From positions 135 to 64,134 of the forward strand of contig CATKEF010000053.1 in the NCBI GenBank assembly GCA_949747905.1: a stretch of DNA of 64,000 nt. The letters run 5' to 3'. Numbering within the stretch: the first letter of the stretch is position 1; each line of letters opens with the position of its first letter. The notes beneath the pieces were generated by a model. It saw only the letters and a list, made by a program, of their open reading frames with translations. It did no database searches and was not told the DNA's origin. The stretch is from an uncultured Eubacteriales bacterium. GTDB lineage: Bacteria > Bacillota > Clostridia > Christensenellales > Borkfalkiaceae. Both the position numbers and the translations under genes were made by a program. Positions 40,680 to 49,945 of this stretch are shown one piece after another.

Positions 40680-42490
40680 AAGTTTTCGTTAAGATATGCT
40701 TTGATTTTTTTTGACAGAGACAAACTTATTCCCTCGCAGGAAGCAATCTCGTCCTCGCTCGCGGCAAGCAATTTATCAAGCGAACCGAATTTTTCAAGCA
40801 AAGCCATACGCCGCACTTTCCCTACGCCTTCTATTTCAAGCAAAACACTTTGAAGATTGCGTTTCGAGTGTAAATTTCTGAAATAAGTAATTGCAAACCT
40901 ATGCGCCTCGTCGCGAATGCGTTGCAACATTTTCAAAGAATAGTCTCGGTGCGAAATTTTAATACTTTCCGAATTATAGGGAGTAAAAATTTCCTCTTCG
41001 CGCTTTGCAAGCGAGATAATCTCTATTCCCGAAATACCCGTTTCATTGAAAATATCCGTTACCGAGGAAAGCTGTCCCTTTCCTCCGTCTATAATAATCA
41101 AATCAGGTTTGGGAAAGCGTTCTTCCTCTTCAGTTCCGAGCTTGTCCAGTCTACGCCGCAAAACCTCTTTTAAAGACGCAAAATCATCCGCGCCTTCAAC
41201 GGTTTTGATTTTAAAACGACGATAAGAGCTTCTGTCTGCATCCCCGTCGATAAACACGACCATAGAGCCGACTTTATCCACTCCGCTGACATTGGATATG
41301 TCGTAACACTCCATACGTCTCGGATAACATTTCAGCCCCAGCAACTCCTGTAAACGCTTACAGGCATTAACCGTCATGTCATCTTTATGCTTTATCTGCT
41401 CTACGGACTTTCCGAGATATTCGGCAGCGTTCTGCTTTGCCATTTTTAAAAGCCTGGCTTTATCGCCCTGTTTTGCAAGACTTATCTCAACTGATTTTCC
41501 GAATTTATCCTTGAAATAATTCTGAATGAGCTCTTTCTCGCAAAATTCTTCGCAAATAATTTCGTGCGGTAATTCGTGGTTTGCGTAATACTGCGTTATA
41601 AAGCCCGTCAGCGCCTCGCCGTCCGACATATGCGCCTCGTCCAGAGCATAACTACTGCCGCCCTGCATAATGCCTTTTCTCGTAATGAGCACGCTTACCG
41701 CCGAATACAAACCGTTAGTTTCATAAGCTATTATATCCGCGTCTAAGTATTTATTCAGAGAAGTAATACGCTTACCCTCCAACTTGGACAGCATTTCTAG
41801 TTTGCTTTTATAATCTAATGCAAGTTCGAAATTCTCGCCCTCCGCAGCTATAAGCATTCTTTCATTTAACAGTTTCGCAGCCTCGCGATAGTTGCCGTCA
41901 AGAAACGCCAGAGCTTTTTTAACCTGTTCCGCGTAATCTTCGCGGCTTACCTTGCCCGCGCATGGCGCAGTGCAGCGGCCGATATGATAATTCAGACATT
42001 CGCGCTTTTTGCCCGTCGTTGCCGTGTGACAAAGCCTGACCGAAAAAGCAAGTTGTAACGTTTCGAGAATTTCTTTGCAGCTGATACCGCCCATGAACGG
42101 ACCGAAATACCTGCATCCGTCCTTTTTTATTCTTCGCGTTATCGAAAAATTGGGAAACTCTTCACGTACAGCAGCTTTTATATAAGGATAAGTTTTATCA
42201 TCCTTTAAAAGTATATTGTATTTAGGTTTATACTTTTTAATAAGGTTATTTTCAAGGGCTAACGCATCTATTTCCGACCCCGTAATTATATAGTTGAAAT
42301 CTTTTATGTTTTCAACCATTTTCATTACTTTTTCCGGTTTAGGCGAATTATGAAAATACTGTCTGACTCTGTTTTTTAAAACCCGCGCTTTGCCAACGTA
42401 AATTACGTTACCGTACTCGTCAAGCATTATATAAACGCCCGGATTTTCAGGCAAAAGTCTGAGTTTTTCTCTTATTACGTCCATAATCAA
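40676..42490 (-). CDS. uvrC: excinuclease ABC subunit C
   Basis: GIY-YIG domain (GVYIMLDEYGNVIYVGKA), UvrBC-interaction region, endonuclease V-like domain, and C-terminal (HhH)2. Confidence 0.95.
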   Translation of the reverse strand: MIMDVIREKLRLLPENPGVYIMLDEYGNVIYVGKARVLKNRVRQYFHNSPKPEKVMKMVENIKDFNYIITGSEIDALALENNLIKKYKPKYNILLKDDKTYPYIKAAVREEFPNFSITRRIKKDGCRYFGPFMGGISCKEILETLQLAFSVRLCHTATTGKKRECLNYHIGRCTAPCAGKVSREDYAEQVKKALAFLDGNYREAAKLLNERMLIAAEGENFELALDYKSKLEMLSKLEGKRITSLNKYLDADIIAYETNGLYSAVSVLITRKGIMQGGSSYALDEAHMSDGEALTGFITQYYANHELPHEIICEEFCEKELIQNYFKDKFGKSVEISLAKQGDKARLLKMAKQNAAEYLGKSVEQIKHKDDMTVNACKRLQELLGLKCYPRRMECYDISNVSGVDKVGSMVVFIDGDADRSSYRRFKIKTVEGADDFASLKEVLRRRLDKLGTEEEERFPKPDLIIIDGGKGQLSSVTDIFNETGISGIEIISLAKREEEIFTPYNSESIKISHRDYSLKMLQRIRDEAHRFAITYFRNLHSKRNLQSVLLEIEGVGKVRRMALLEKFGSLDKLLAASEDEIASCEGISLSLSKKIKAYLNENL

Positions 42491-42535
42491 CTGTCTTAAA
42501 TTATACCATATATCTCATTTATTTGCAATATATTA

Positions 42536-42568
42536 TTTAAAAATGCGGCAACAAAGTTGCCGCATTTT
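42536..42568. terminator. terminator after arsR-family gene
   Basis: AAATGCGGCAAC-AAA-GTTGCCGCATTT flanked by A and T runs. Confidence 0.75.
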
Positions 42569-42907
42569 CTAACACCCGAGAAATTCAACGCCTTTCAGCA
42601 TTACGTCGTTAACCGTATCGTTTACAAGACTGTAAAAAATTATTTTCCCCTGTCTGTCGCTTTTAACTATTCCGAGATTTTTCAAAAGCCTTAGCTGATG
42701 CGAGACCGTGGTCTGATTAATTTCGAGCACCCTCGATAAATCGGTTACGCACATTTCTGAAATTGCCAGAGCCGACAGCATTCTTACTCTTGTAGGGTCG
42801 GCAAAAATCGAGAAAAAACAAACTATACTGTCAAGCACGTCGCCTTCCGGAACATATTCCCTAACCAAATCTTTCGTGCGTCTGTCTAAAAGCATCGTGT
42901 CCTGCAT
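42569..42907 (-). CDS. ArsR/SmtB family metalloregulatory repressor
   Basis: Winged HTH: EMCVTDLSRVLEINQTTVSHQLRLLKNLGIV. Confidence 0.88.
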   Translation of the reverse strand: MQDTMLLDRRTKDLVREYVPEGDVLDSIVCFFSIFADPTRVRMLSALAISEMCVTDLSRVLEINQTTVSHQLRLLKNLGIVKSDRQGKIIFYSLVNDTVNDVMLKGVEFLGC

Positions 42908-42926
42908 CGAACCACCTCCGCCTTTA

Positions 42927-42956
42927 ATTATAAAGCCTTATATGCGTATATGTCAA
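42927..42956 (-). promoter_or_regulatory. consensus sigma-A promoter for the arsR-family gene
   Basis: The minus strand reads TTGACA (42951-42956), 18-nt spacer containing the near-palindrome TATACGCATATA, TATAAT (42927-42932). GGAGGTG RBS follows. Confidence 0.5.
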
Positions 42957-43007
42957 AACGTAACAATGGCGTATTATGTCACAAAAGAACTTAGTTTGTC
43001 ATTTCAC

Positions 43008-45455
43008 TTATTTTTTCTCGACAAGCACAACTTTATACCCGGCTTCGTTTACAAGCGACGAAATCTCGTCATCCGACACTTCTTCGCGACTGCGTATCAC
43101 TGCGATATTTTTTTTGAGTTTAACGTCGACGGAAATAACGTTGGAAGCGGCGGAAAGCTGATTTTCAACTCTTTTTGCGCAATGCTCGCAGCACATACCT
43201 TCAATGTGAACTATTTTTTTCATAACATCGTCCTTTATAATTTTTTTATTTTTATATAAAAGCAAACGCAATGCGTTGCACACGACAAACAGAGAACTGA
43301 GGCTCATGCATGCAGCCGCAAGCATTGGATTGAACGCCAACCCGAACGCAGAAAACGCGCCTGCCGCAACGGGCAACATAATTATATTGTAAATGAAAGC
43401 CCAGAACAGATTTTCTTTTATATTCCGCACGGTAGCGCGGCTTAAATCAAACACCGTATCGAGAGTGCGCAAATCCTCATTCACAAGAACTACTCCGGCG
43501 GAATCAATGGCAATATCCGTTCCGCTCCCGATTGCAATTCCGACATCGGCTTGCTTTAAAGCGGGAGAATCGTTTATACCGTCCCCGACCATAGCCACAC
43601 ATCCGCCGACATTCTGCAAACTAACCACCGCGTTATATTTATCCTCAGGCAGAACTTCGGCATAAAAGTCGTCTATACCTACGCTTTCGGCAACCGCCCG
43701 GGCGGTATTTTCACTGTCACCCGTAAGCATGCCTATCCTCATATTTCTGGCTTTCAGCAACTCCACAGCATGCGCGCTGCCATCCTTCACCGTATCAGCA
43801 ACGGCAATCAGCGCAACCACCCTTTTCTCGTCCGAAAGATAAATCACTGTATTTCCCTGTGAGGCAAGATTACTTGCCGCCTCATCGACGTCCTTACCGA
43901 TTTTTGCATTCGAATTCAAAGCACGGTTGCCGAGAAAATATTTGCCGCCCCCATATGACGCAATTGCGCCTTTACCTATTATATACTCGAAATCACAGAC
44001 TTCATACCCCTCATCCGCATACTCGACTACGCATTTTGCAAGCGGATGGTTTGAATTTTTCTCTATTCCGCACGCAATTTTCAATGCTTCGTCACTATCA
44101 AAACCGAATGCATAAATACCGGTAACCTTAGGCTTACCTTCGGTAAGTGTCGCAGTCTTATCAAGCAATACCGAATTAATTTCGCATACTTTTTGTAAAG
44201 TTTCCGCGTCTTTATAAAGTATACCCAAAGAAGCCGCTTTTCCCGTTGCCGTCATAATCGCAACAGGCGTTGCAAGTCCCAAGGCACACGGACATGATAC
44301 GACAAGCACGCTTATGGCGTAAGTAACGCAATGTTCCGCAACGAAAGTTCCGTCGATTATCAACCAAACCAAAAAAGTAATTAGCGATATCAGCACTACG
44401 ACCGGCACAAAAATGCCCGCCACTTTATCGGCAAATTTCTGTATGGGCGCTTTGCTTGCGCCGGCTTCGCGTACCATTTTTATTATTTTGGAAAGAGTGG
44501 TTTGCTCGCCAACCTTGGTCGCGCGCATTTTTATCAGACCGCCCTTAACAAGAGCCGCGGAAGTAACGGCGTCACCGACGGTTGCCTCCACGGGAACGCT
44601 TTCACCTGTAATTGCACATTTATCAACAAACGCATTACCGTAAACTATATTGCCGTCAACGGGGACATATTCGCCTTGTTTTACGATTATAATATCGCCC
44701 GCTTTCACGTCTTTGACCGAAATCGTTTTCTGTTCTCCGTCTATTTCCGTAGTGACGACGTCGGGAGCAAGTTTAAGAAGTTTTTCTATTTCGCCGCCGG
44801 TACGCTTTTTGGATTTTTCTTCCAGCCATTTCCCGACATCAACAAGCGCAAGAATCATCGCCGCAGATTCGAAATGCAAATTCATTGCATTGTGCATAGA
44901 ATCCATATCAAGAAATATGAATACCGTTAAAACTACCGAATATATAAACGATACACCGGACCCGAGTGCAACAAGCGTATCCATATTCGGTACTCTTTTA
45001 AATACCGCAACGACGCCGTTTTTAAAATATGCGTAATTAACGCCTATTATCGCCGCGGATAAAACCGCCTGATAGAGCGCAAACCACTTTTCGTTTCCTA
45101 TTGACGGGTCAATAAAGTATGGCACGGGAATTCCTATCATATGCCCCATCGAAACATACATTAAAGGAGCCAAGAGGCAGACTGAAATAATAAAGCGTAT
45201 AAACAGACTCTTTTCCTGCGAGACCGTTTTTGCCGTCGGCTCGTTACCCTCTTCGAATATCCCATAACCGAGTTGTTTGACAGCAGAAATAATGTCCTCT
45301 TCGGAAAGAAGAGTTTCGTCAAACTCTATTTTCAATTTCTTAGCCATTAAACTGACTTCGCAGGTCGTCACGCCTTTCATTTTTACTACGGCTCTCTCTA
45401 TCCCCGAAGAACAAGCCGAGCACGTCATTCCCATTATCGTGTAATTTCTGAGCAA
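43008..45455 (-). CDS. copA: copper-translocating P1B-type ATPase (CopA-like) with N- and C-terminal HMA domains
   Basis: GMTCSAC, TM6 CPC, YN and MSLSS copper-type residues, DKTAT phosphorylation site (variant of DKTGT), TGD, GDGINDSPAL, and a C-terminal GMCCEHC domain. I prefer the TTG start at 45455 behind GAGGTG. The ORF-track start at 45494 overlaps the -10 box. Confidence 0.88.
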   Translation of the reverse strand: MLRNYTIMGMTCSACSSGIERAVVKMKGVTTCEVSLMAKKLKIEFDETLLSEEDIISAVKQLGYGIFEEGNEPTAKTVSQEKSLFIRFIISVCLLAPLMYVSMGHMIGIPVPYFIDPSIGNEKWFALYQAVLSAAIIGVNYAYFKNGVVAVFKRVPNMDTLVALGSGVSFIYSVVLTVFIFLDMDSMHNAMNLHFESAAMILALVDVGKWLEEKSKKRTGGEIEKLLKLAPDVVTTEIDGEQKTISVKDVKAGDIIIVKQGEYVPVDGNIVYGNAFVDKCAITGESVPVEATVGDAVTSAALVKGGLIKMRATKVGEQTTLSKIIKMVREAGASKAPIQKFADKVAGIFVPVVVLISLITFLVWLIIDGTFVAEHCVTYAISVLVVSCPCALGLATPVAIMTATGKAASLGILYKDAETLQKVCEINSVLLDKTATLTEGKPKVTGIYAFGFDSDEALKIACGIEKNSNHPLAKCVVEYADEGYEVCDFEYIIGKGAIASYGGGKYFLGNRALNSNAKIGKDVDEAASNLASQGNTVIYLSDEKRVVALIAVADTVKDGSAHAVELLKARNMRIGMLTGDSENTARAVAESVGIDDFYAEVLPEDKYNAVVSLQNVGGCVAMVGDGINDSPALKQADVGIAIGSGTDIAIDSAGVVLVNEDLRTLDTVFDLSRATVRNIKENLFWAFIYNIIMLPVAAGAFSAFGLAFNPMLAAACMSLSSLFVVCNALRLLLYKNKKIIKDDVMKKIVHIEGMCCEHCAKRVENQLSAASNVISVDVKLKKNIAVIRSREEVSDDEISSLVNEAGYKVVLVEKK

Positions 45456-45493
45456 ACAGCACCTCAAAATTAAGTATTTACATTTATAAAACA

Positions 45494-45537
45494 ATTATAA
45501 AGCCTAATTCCTACTTTGTCAATAGGAATTAGGCTTT
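45494..45537 (-). promoter_or_regulatory. consensus promoter nested in a perfect 14-15 bp inverted repeat (candidate operator / upstream-operon terminator)
   Basis: The minus strand reads TTGACA (45517-45522), 17 nt, TATAAT (45494-45499). Inverted-repeat arms are AAGCCTAATTCCTA (45500-45513) and TAGGAATTAGGCTT (45523-45536). Confidence 0.5.
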
Positions 45538-45563
45538 TCCAAAAAATTTAACCCGCGGCTCGT

Positions 45564-46586
45564 CTATTTCAACATTTCGAAAAATCTGTTTTCTTTCAGT
45601 TCATCCTCAATTTTAAGCCCCGACCCCAAAGCGAGCAGCACCTTGACCGTCGCCATTTCAAAGCTCATGTCGTACGCAACTATGCACTCCTTATTCAGTC
45701 CAAACACGCTTTCGTAAATGCGCGCTTTACTGTCTACGGGCGCAATAACAACTTGTATTTCCAAGTTCTTACAGTACGCGAGAAAGTTCCTGAAATTTGC
45801 TTCTTTGCCCTCGGTACAAACCGTTCCGCTATGATAAAGTTGCACCATTACCGCTTTAGGTTTTACAGTAGTAAATCTGTAAAAATCGAAATTCAACAAC
45901 GAATGCGCCTGTATTGTAACCATGTCGGTACATAACTTATCGGCGGTACAGTGACTTCTCGAAATTCTCAAATCGGACAGCGAAGGATTCAACGAATTTT
46001 CGTTATATACGAATTCACCGTTCACCATTTCACCGAAATGAACTTTCAGTATACTCTCGTATTCTCCGCTGAATTGAGTTGCGGAGACAAGACGGCTCGC
46101 AAGATGTATTTTACAGTTTTCTCCGTAGTTCTGAAAACTTACGAACACCCCGCCAAAATCCGCGGATTCGATAAATTCTACCGCGCCCGCGAAGTTTTCC
46201 ACTCCTCTGCTACGCTCGTCGTCAAGCGGATAGAGCGCGGAAACAAACACTACGGGAATATTGATATCGCAAAATAACTGACTGAACAAGTTAGCAGTAA
46301 AACACAACGTATCCGTCCCGTGAGTAACTATTATTCCGTCGTAAACCGATTTATCTACAGCCCGAACGCAGTCCGCCATTTTCTTCAAATCGGAAGGCTG
46401 CACGTTTTCGCTTAAAATATTGAGCGGACGAAGCTCGTCAAAAATTATTTCGCCGCCGTAACGATGTTTATATTTTTCTATAAGCGCGCTTTTTCTCTCC
46501 ACTACGAGACCCACGGTATCCGCGGTTGCCGACGACCCGATAGTTCCGCCCGTAAAAATCACGCAAATTCTGTTTTTCATATGCAT
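45564..46586 (-). CDS. type I L-asparaginase family protein
   Basis: IFTGGTIGS (catalytic Thr) and VTHGTDTL motifs. It starts 8 nt downstream of the asnS stop. Confidence 0.83.
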   Translation of the reverse strand: MHMKNRICVIFTGGTIGSSATADTVGLVVERKSALIEKYKHRYGGEIIFDELRPLNILSENVQPSDLKKMADCVRAVDKSVYDGIIVTHGTDTLCFTANLFSQLFCDINIPVVFVSALYPLDDERSRGVENFAGAVEFIESADFGGVFVSFQNYGENCKIHLASRLVSATQFSGEYESILKVHFGEMVNGEFVYNENSLNPSLSDLRISRSHCTADKLCTDMVTIQAHSLLNFDFYRFTTVKPKAVMVQLYHSGTVCTEGKEANFRNFLAYCKNLEIQVVIAPVDSKARIYESVFGLNKECIVAYDMSFEMATVKVLLALGSGLKIEDELKENRFFEMLK

Positions 46587-46593
46587 ACAAAAA

Positions 46594-47970
46594 TCAAAGA
46601 CTGCCGACCGTTCTGGGATACAGCAAAGTATCTCTTATATTCTGAACGCCCGTGATATACATAAGAATGCGCTCCATACCAAGACCGAAACCGCTGTGCG
46701 GCACGGTACCGTATTTGCGCGTATCGAGATACTCTACATAGGATTCAAGCGGCATATTGCGTTTGAGCATAGCGCTTTTGAGTTTTTCGGAGTCAGCCTC
46801 TCTTTCGCTGCAACCTATTATCTCGCCTATGCCGGGAACAAGCAGGTCTGTTGCCGCGACGGTTTTGCCATCCGGATTCTGCTTCATATAGAACGCCTTG
46901 ATGTCTGCGGGGTAATCGGTCACGAACAAAGGCTTCTTGAAATATTCCTCAGTAAGATAACGTTCGTGCTCGGTCTGCAAATCACAACCCCAATATACCG
47001 GATATTTGAATTCTTTACCTGAATTTTTCAGCACTTCCACGGCATCAGTGTACGTAATTTTACCGAACTCGCTTGTCAAAACGCCGTTGAGTTTGTCTAA
47101 AAGCCCTTTTTCCGCACGCTCATTGAAATAAGCAAGTTCATCCGGACAGTTTGAAACCACGTCACTTATTATGAATTTTATAAATTCTTCCGCGATTTCG
47201 ATTATATCGTGAAGGTCGGCAAAACAGACTTCAGGCTCAATCTGCCAGAATTCGGCTGCGTGGCGCGTAGTGTTGCTGTGTTCTGCCCTGAACGTAGGTC
47301 CGAAAGTGTAAATTCTGCCCAGCCCCGTCGCCGCAACCTCGCCTTCAAGCTGTCCCGAAACTGTAAGCCCCGCTTTTGCCGCAAAGAAATCTGCGGAATA
47401 ATATTCGTTTTCGTTTTTTGCCGCAGCATTCCAGGGCTGAGTCGTTACCCTGAACATCTCTCCCGCGCCTTCGCAATCGCTACCGGTAATTATGGGGGTG
47501 TGAACATATTTGTACCCGTGCTCCTGAAAATATTTATGGATGGCATAAGATAATCTGCTTCGCACGGCAAAAACCGCTTCGAAATACTTCGTGCGCGGTC
47601 TGAGATGAGGTATTGTGCGCAAAAATTCAAGCGTATGATGCTTTTTCTGCAAAGGATAATCCTGAGGACACTCTCCCAAAACAGTTATGCTCTTTACAGA
47701 CATTTCGTAGCCGTTTCTTTCGGAAGGAATAAAATTGCCTTTTACGCATAGAGCCGCACCCACCACCAAAGCGGGCTTTATTTCGTTTTCCGCCAACGAA
47801 CCTTTCTCTATTATAAGTTGAAGATTTTTAAAAGAAGTTCCGTCATTGAGTTCGATAAACGCAATGCTTTTCGAATCGCGCCACGTTCTTACCCATCCGC
47901 AAACGGTTACTTCGGTATTGAGATACTTTTCGGAAGAAGCGAAAAGTTCTTTAACATCGGTATGTTTCAT
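46594..47970 (-). CDS. asnS: asparagine--tRNA ligase
   Basis: N-terminal OB anticodon-binding domain, and class IIb motifs (FRAEHSNT, GFGLGMERIL). Confidence 0.94.
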   Translation of the reverse strand: MKHTDVKELFASSEKYLNTEVTVCGWVRTWRDSKSIAFIELNDGTSFKNLQLIIEKGSLAENEIKPALVVGAALCVKGNFIPSERNGYEMSVKSITVLGECPQDYPLQKKHHTLEFLRTIPHLRPRTKYFEAVFAVRSRLSYAIHKYFQEHGYKYVHTPIITGSDCEGAGEMFRVTTQPWNAAAKNENEYYSADFFAAKAGLTVSGQLEGEVAATGLGRIYTFGPTFRAEHSNTTRHAAEFWQIEPEVCFADLHDIIEIAEEFIKFIISDVVSNCPDELAYFNERAEKGLLDKLNGVLTSEFGKITYTDAVEVLKNSGKEFKYPVYWGCDLQTEHERYLTEEYFKKPLFVTDYPADIKAFYMKQNPDGKTVAATDLLVPGIGEIIGCSEREADSEKLKSAMLKRNMPLESYVEYLDTRKYGTVPHSGFGLGMERILMYITGVQNIRDTLLYPRTVGSL

Positions 47971-47996
47971 AACTACCTCCGGTTATTTTTCGAATA

Positions 47997-48030
47997 TCAA
48001 AAATACGGACTGCCTTAAAAGACAGTCCGC
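47997..48030 (-). terminator. terminator after rpmF
   Basis: The minus strand reads CGGACTG ... CAGTCCG followed by TATTTTT. Confidence 0.65.
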
Positions 48031-48037
48031 TTACGAG

Positions 48038-48226
48038 TTACGCTTTCTTTTCTTCGTGGGAAACTACTTCAACCTTGTCGTAATAGCCGCAGTTTCCGCA
48101 AACTCTGTGCGCCTGCATTTTAGCGTGGCAATGAGGACACTCTACGAGGGTAGGCGCCGTTGCTTTATAATTTGCAAATCTCTTATTAGTCCTGCTTTTG
48201 GACTGTTTTCCCTTGGGTACTGCCAT
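48038..48226 (-). CDS. rpmF: 50S ribosomal protein L32
   Basis: MAVPKGKQSKSRTNKR N-terminus and a CxxC ... CxxC zinc ribbon. Confidence 0.93.
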   Translation of the reverse strand: MAVPKGKQSKSRTNKRFANYKATAPTLVECPHCHAKMQAHRVCGNCGYYDKVEVVSHEEKKA

Positions 48227-48240
48227 TTTATTACACCTCT

Positions 48241-48654
48241 TTAATCATTTTCTTTATCGGCGGCAATACCTTCACAGTCCTCTTTGCATAAAAGAATCTG
48301 AGGCTGACTTATCAGTATTGCATCGTCCACAGCGGTCTTCAAATCGATATTAAAACCGTCGTAGAAATAATTTTCATCGTCTTTTTCCGGTACAAAAAGC
48401 AAATCTGAAGTAAAATTAACCTCTTTCTCCGCATCGCATAGACAATAAGAACATTTTCCCGTAATTTTGTAGTTCACGGTCAACATTACGCCTACAGTGT
48501 CGTCATCGTATATTTCGTATTCCGCCTTAACCTTAGCCCCGTTTCCGAGCTTGCACAGGGGAATTACACACAAATCTTCGGGTATCGGATAATCAAATAG
48601 GAAACTTCCCGTGTATTTACCCAATGAGATTAACTTTTTAACTTCAATTTTCAT
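48241..48654 (-). CDS. yceD: YceD/DUF177 family protein (23S rRNA accumulation protein)
   Basis: 137 aa, immediately upstream of rpmF as in most bacteria. C-terminal CKEDCEG motif. Confidence 0.82.
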   Translation of the reverse strand: MKIEVKKLISLGKYTGSFLFDYPIPEDLCVIPLCKLGNGAKVKAEYEIYDDDTVGVMLTVNYKITGKCSYCLCDAEKEVNFTSDLLFVPEKDDENYFYDGFNIDLKTAVDDAILISQPQILLCKEDCEGIAADKEND

Positions 48655-48731
48655 ACCGACAGTTGACTGTAAAATTATATAATAACGTCAATTCTTTGTC
48701 AACTCATTTTGTTTGACAAAGCGAATAATTT

Positions 48732-49928
48732 TTATAAAAGTTCGGCGGTTTCTCTGGCAATAACGAGTTCTTCGTTTGTAGAGATTATAAGAACCTTAAC
48801 CTTGCTTGACTTTTCGGATATTTCGCGTATCTTTCCGTTGTTTTTCAATAAATTAGCTTTACCGTCGAATTTTACGCCCAAAAATTCAAGCCCCTCGCAT
48901 ACTTTTTCGCGGACAAGCTCGGTATTTTCGCCTATTCCCGCCGTGAAAACTATGCAATCGAGTCCGCCCATTGCAGCCGCATATGCCCCGACGAATTTTT
49001 TCGTCTGATAAGAAAACATATCCAAGGCAAGTTTGCAACGACTGTTCCCGCTTTCCGCGCCGGCAATCAAATCTCTGAAATCGCTCGAAACTCCGGATAT
49101 ACCCGCGACCCCACACTTTTTGTTAAGATAAGTAATAGTATCGGCATGATTCATACCCTTTTTCCTTGCAAGGAATTCGACAGCCGACGCGTCAATGTCT
49201 CCCGAACGAGTACCCATTAAAACTCCCGCCAGAGGCGTAAAGCCCATGGAAGTGTCAACGCATTTCCCTCCGTCCACCGCAGTAATCGACGAACCGTTTC
49301 CGAGATGACATGTAACGATTTTCAGTTCTTCGGGCTTTTTCCCAAGATATTTCGCAGCTTCCGCGGCAACGAACTTATGGCTCGTACCGTGCGCTCCGTA
49401 TTTTCTGACACCGTATTTCTTATAATCTTCATAATCTATACCGTACAAATACGCTTTCTCCGGCATAGTCGCATGAAAGGATGTATCAAATACGAGCACC
49501 ATAGGTGTTTCGGGCATGACGTCCATGCAAGCTCTCAGTCCGGTAGCCGCCGCAGGATTGTGCAGGGGCGCAAGCTCGAACGTCTTTTCTTCAAGCACCT
49601 TTAAAACCTCGGGTGTAACGAGCGTGGACTTAGTGAAATATTCGCCGCTTGCAACTACACGGTGTCCCACCGCGTCTATTTCAGCCATAGAGGCAAGAAC
49701 GCCGACCTCCTCGTCGGAAAGCGCTTTAAGAACGAGTTCTATCGCAACTTTGTGATTCGGCATATCGACATTGAATTCTTTTTCGCTGCCGTTACCTTTT
49801 GCTTTGAGAAGGGACCCTTGAATACCTATTCTTTCGCACCCGCCTTTCGCAAGTACTTTTTCGGTTTCCATATCTATTAACTGATATTTGAGCGAGGAAC
49901 TACCCGCATTGACAACTAAAATTTTCAT
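48732..49928 (-). CDS. ackA: acetate kinase
   Basis: MKILVVNAGSSSLKYQL N-terminus and GAHGTSH motif. Confidence 0.95.
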   Translation of the reverse strand: MKILVVNAGSSSLKYQLIDMETEKVLAKGGCERIGIQGSLLKAKGNGSEKEFNVDMPNHKVAIELVLKALSDEEVGVLASMAEIDAVGHRVVASGEYFTKSTLVTPEVLKVLEEKTFELAPLHNPAAATGLRACMDVMPETPMVLVFDTSFHATMPEKAYLYGIDYEDYKKYGVRKYGAHGTSHKFVAAEAAKYLGKKPEELKIVTCHLGNGSSITAVDGGKCVDTSMGFTPLAGVLMGTRSGDIDASAVEFLARKKGMNHADTITYLNKKCGVAGISGVSSDFRDLIAGAESGNSRCKLALDMFSYQTKKFVGAYAAAMGGLDCIVFTAGIGENTELVREKVCEGLEFLGVKFDGKANLLKNNGKIREISEKSSKVKVLIISTNEELVIARETAELL

Positions 49929-49945
49929 TATAATTCTCCCTTAAT

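Noticed and set aside
45456-45494. ORF-track N-terminus of copA (MFYKCKYLILRCC...)
   Set aside because: The TTG at 45494 lies inside the TATAAT box of a consensus promoter. The extra residues are not part of an HMA fold. The TTG at 45455 has a GAGGTG RBS.
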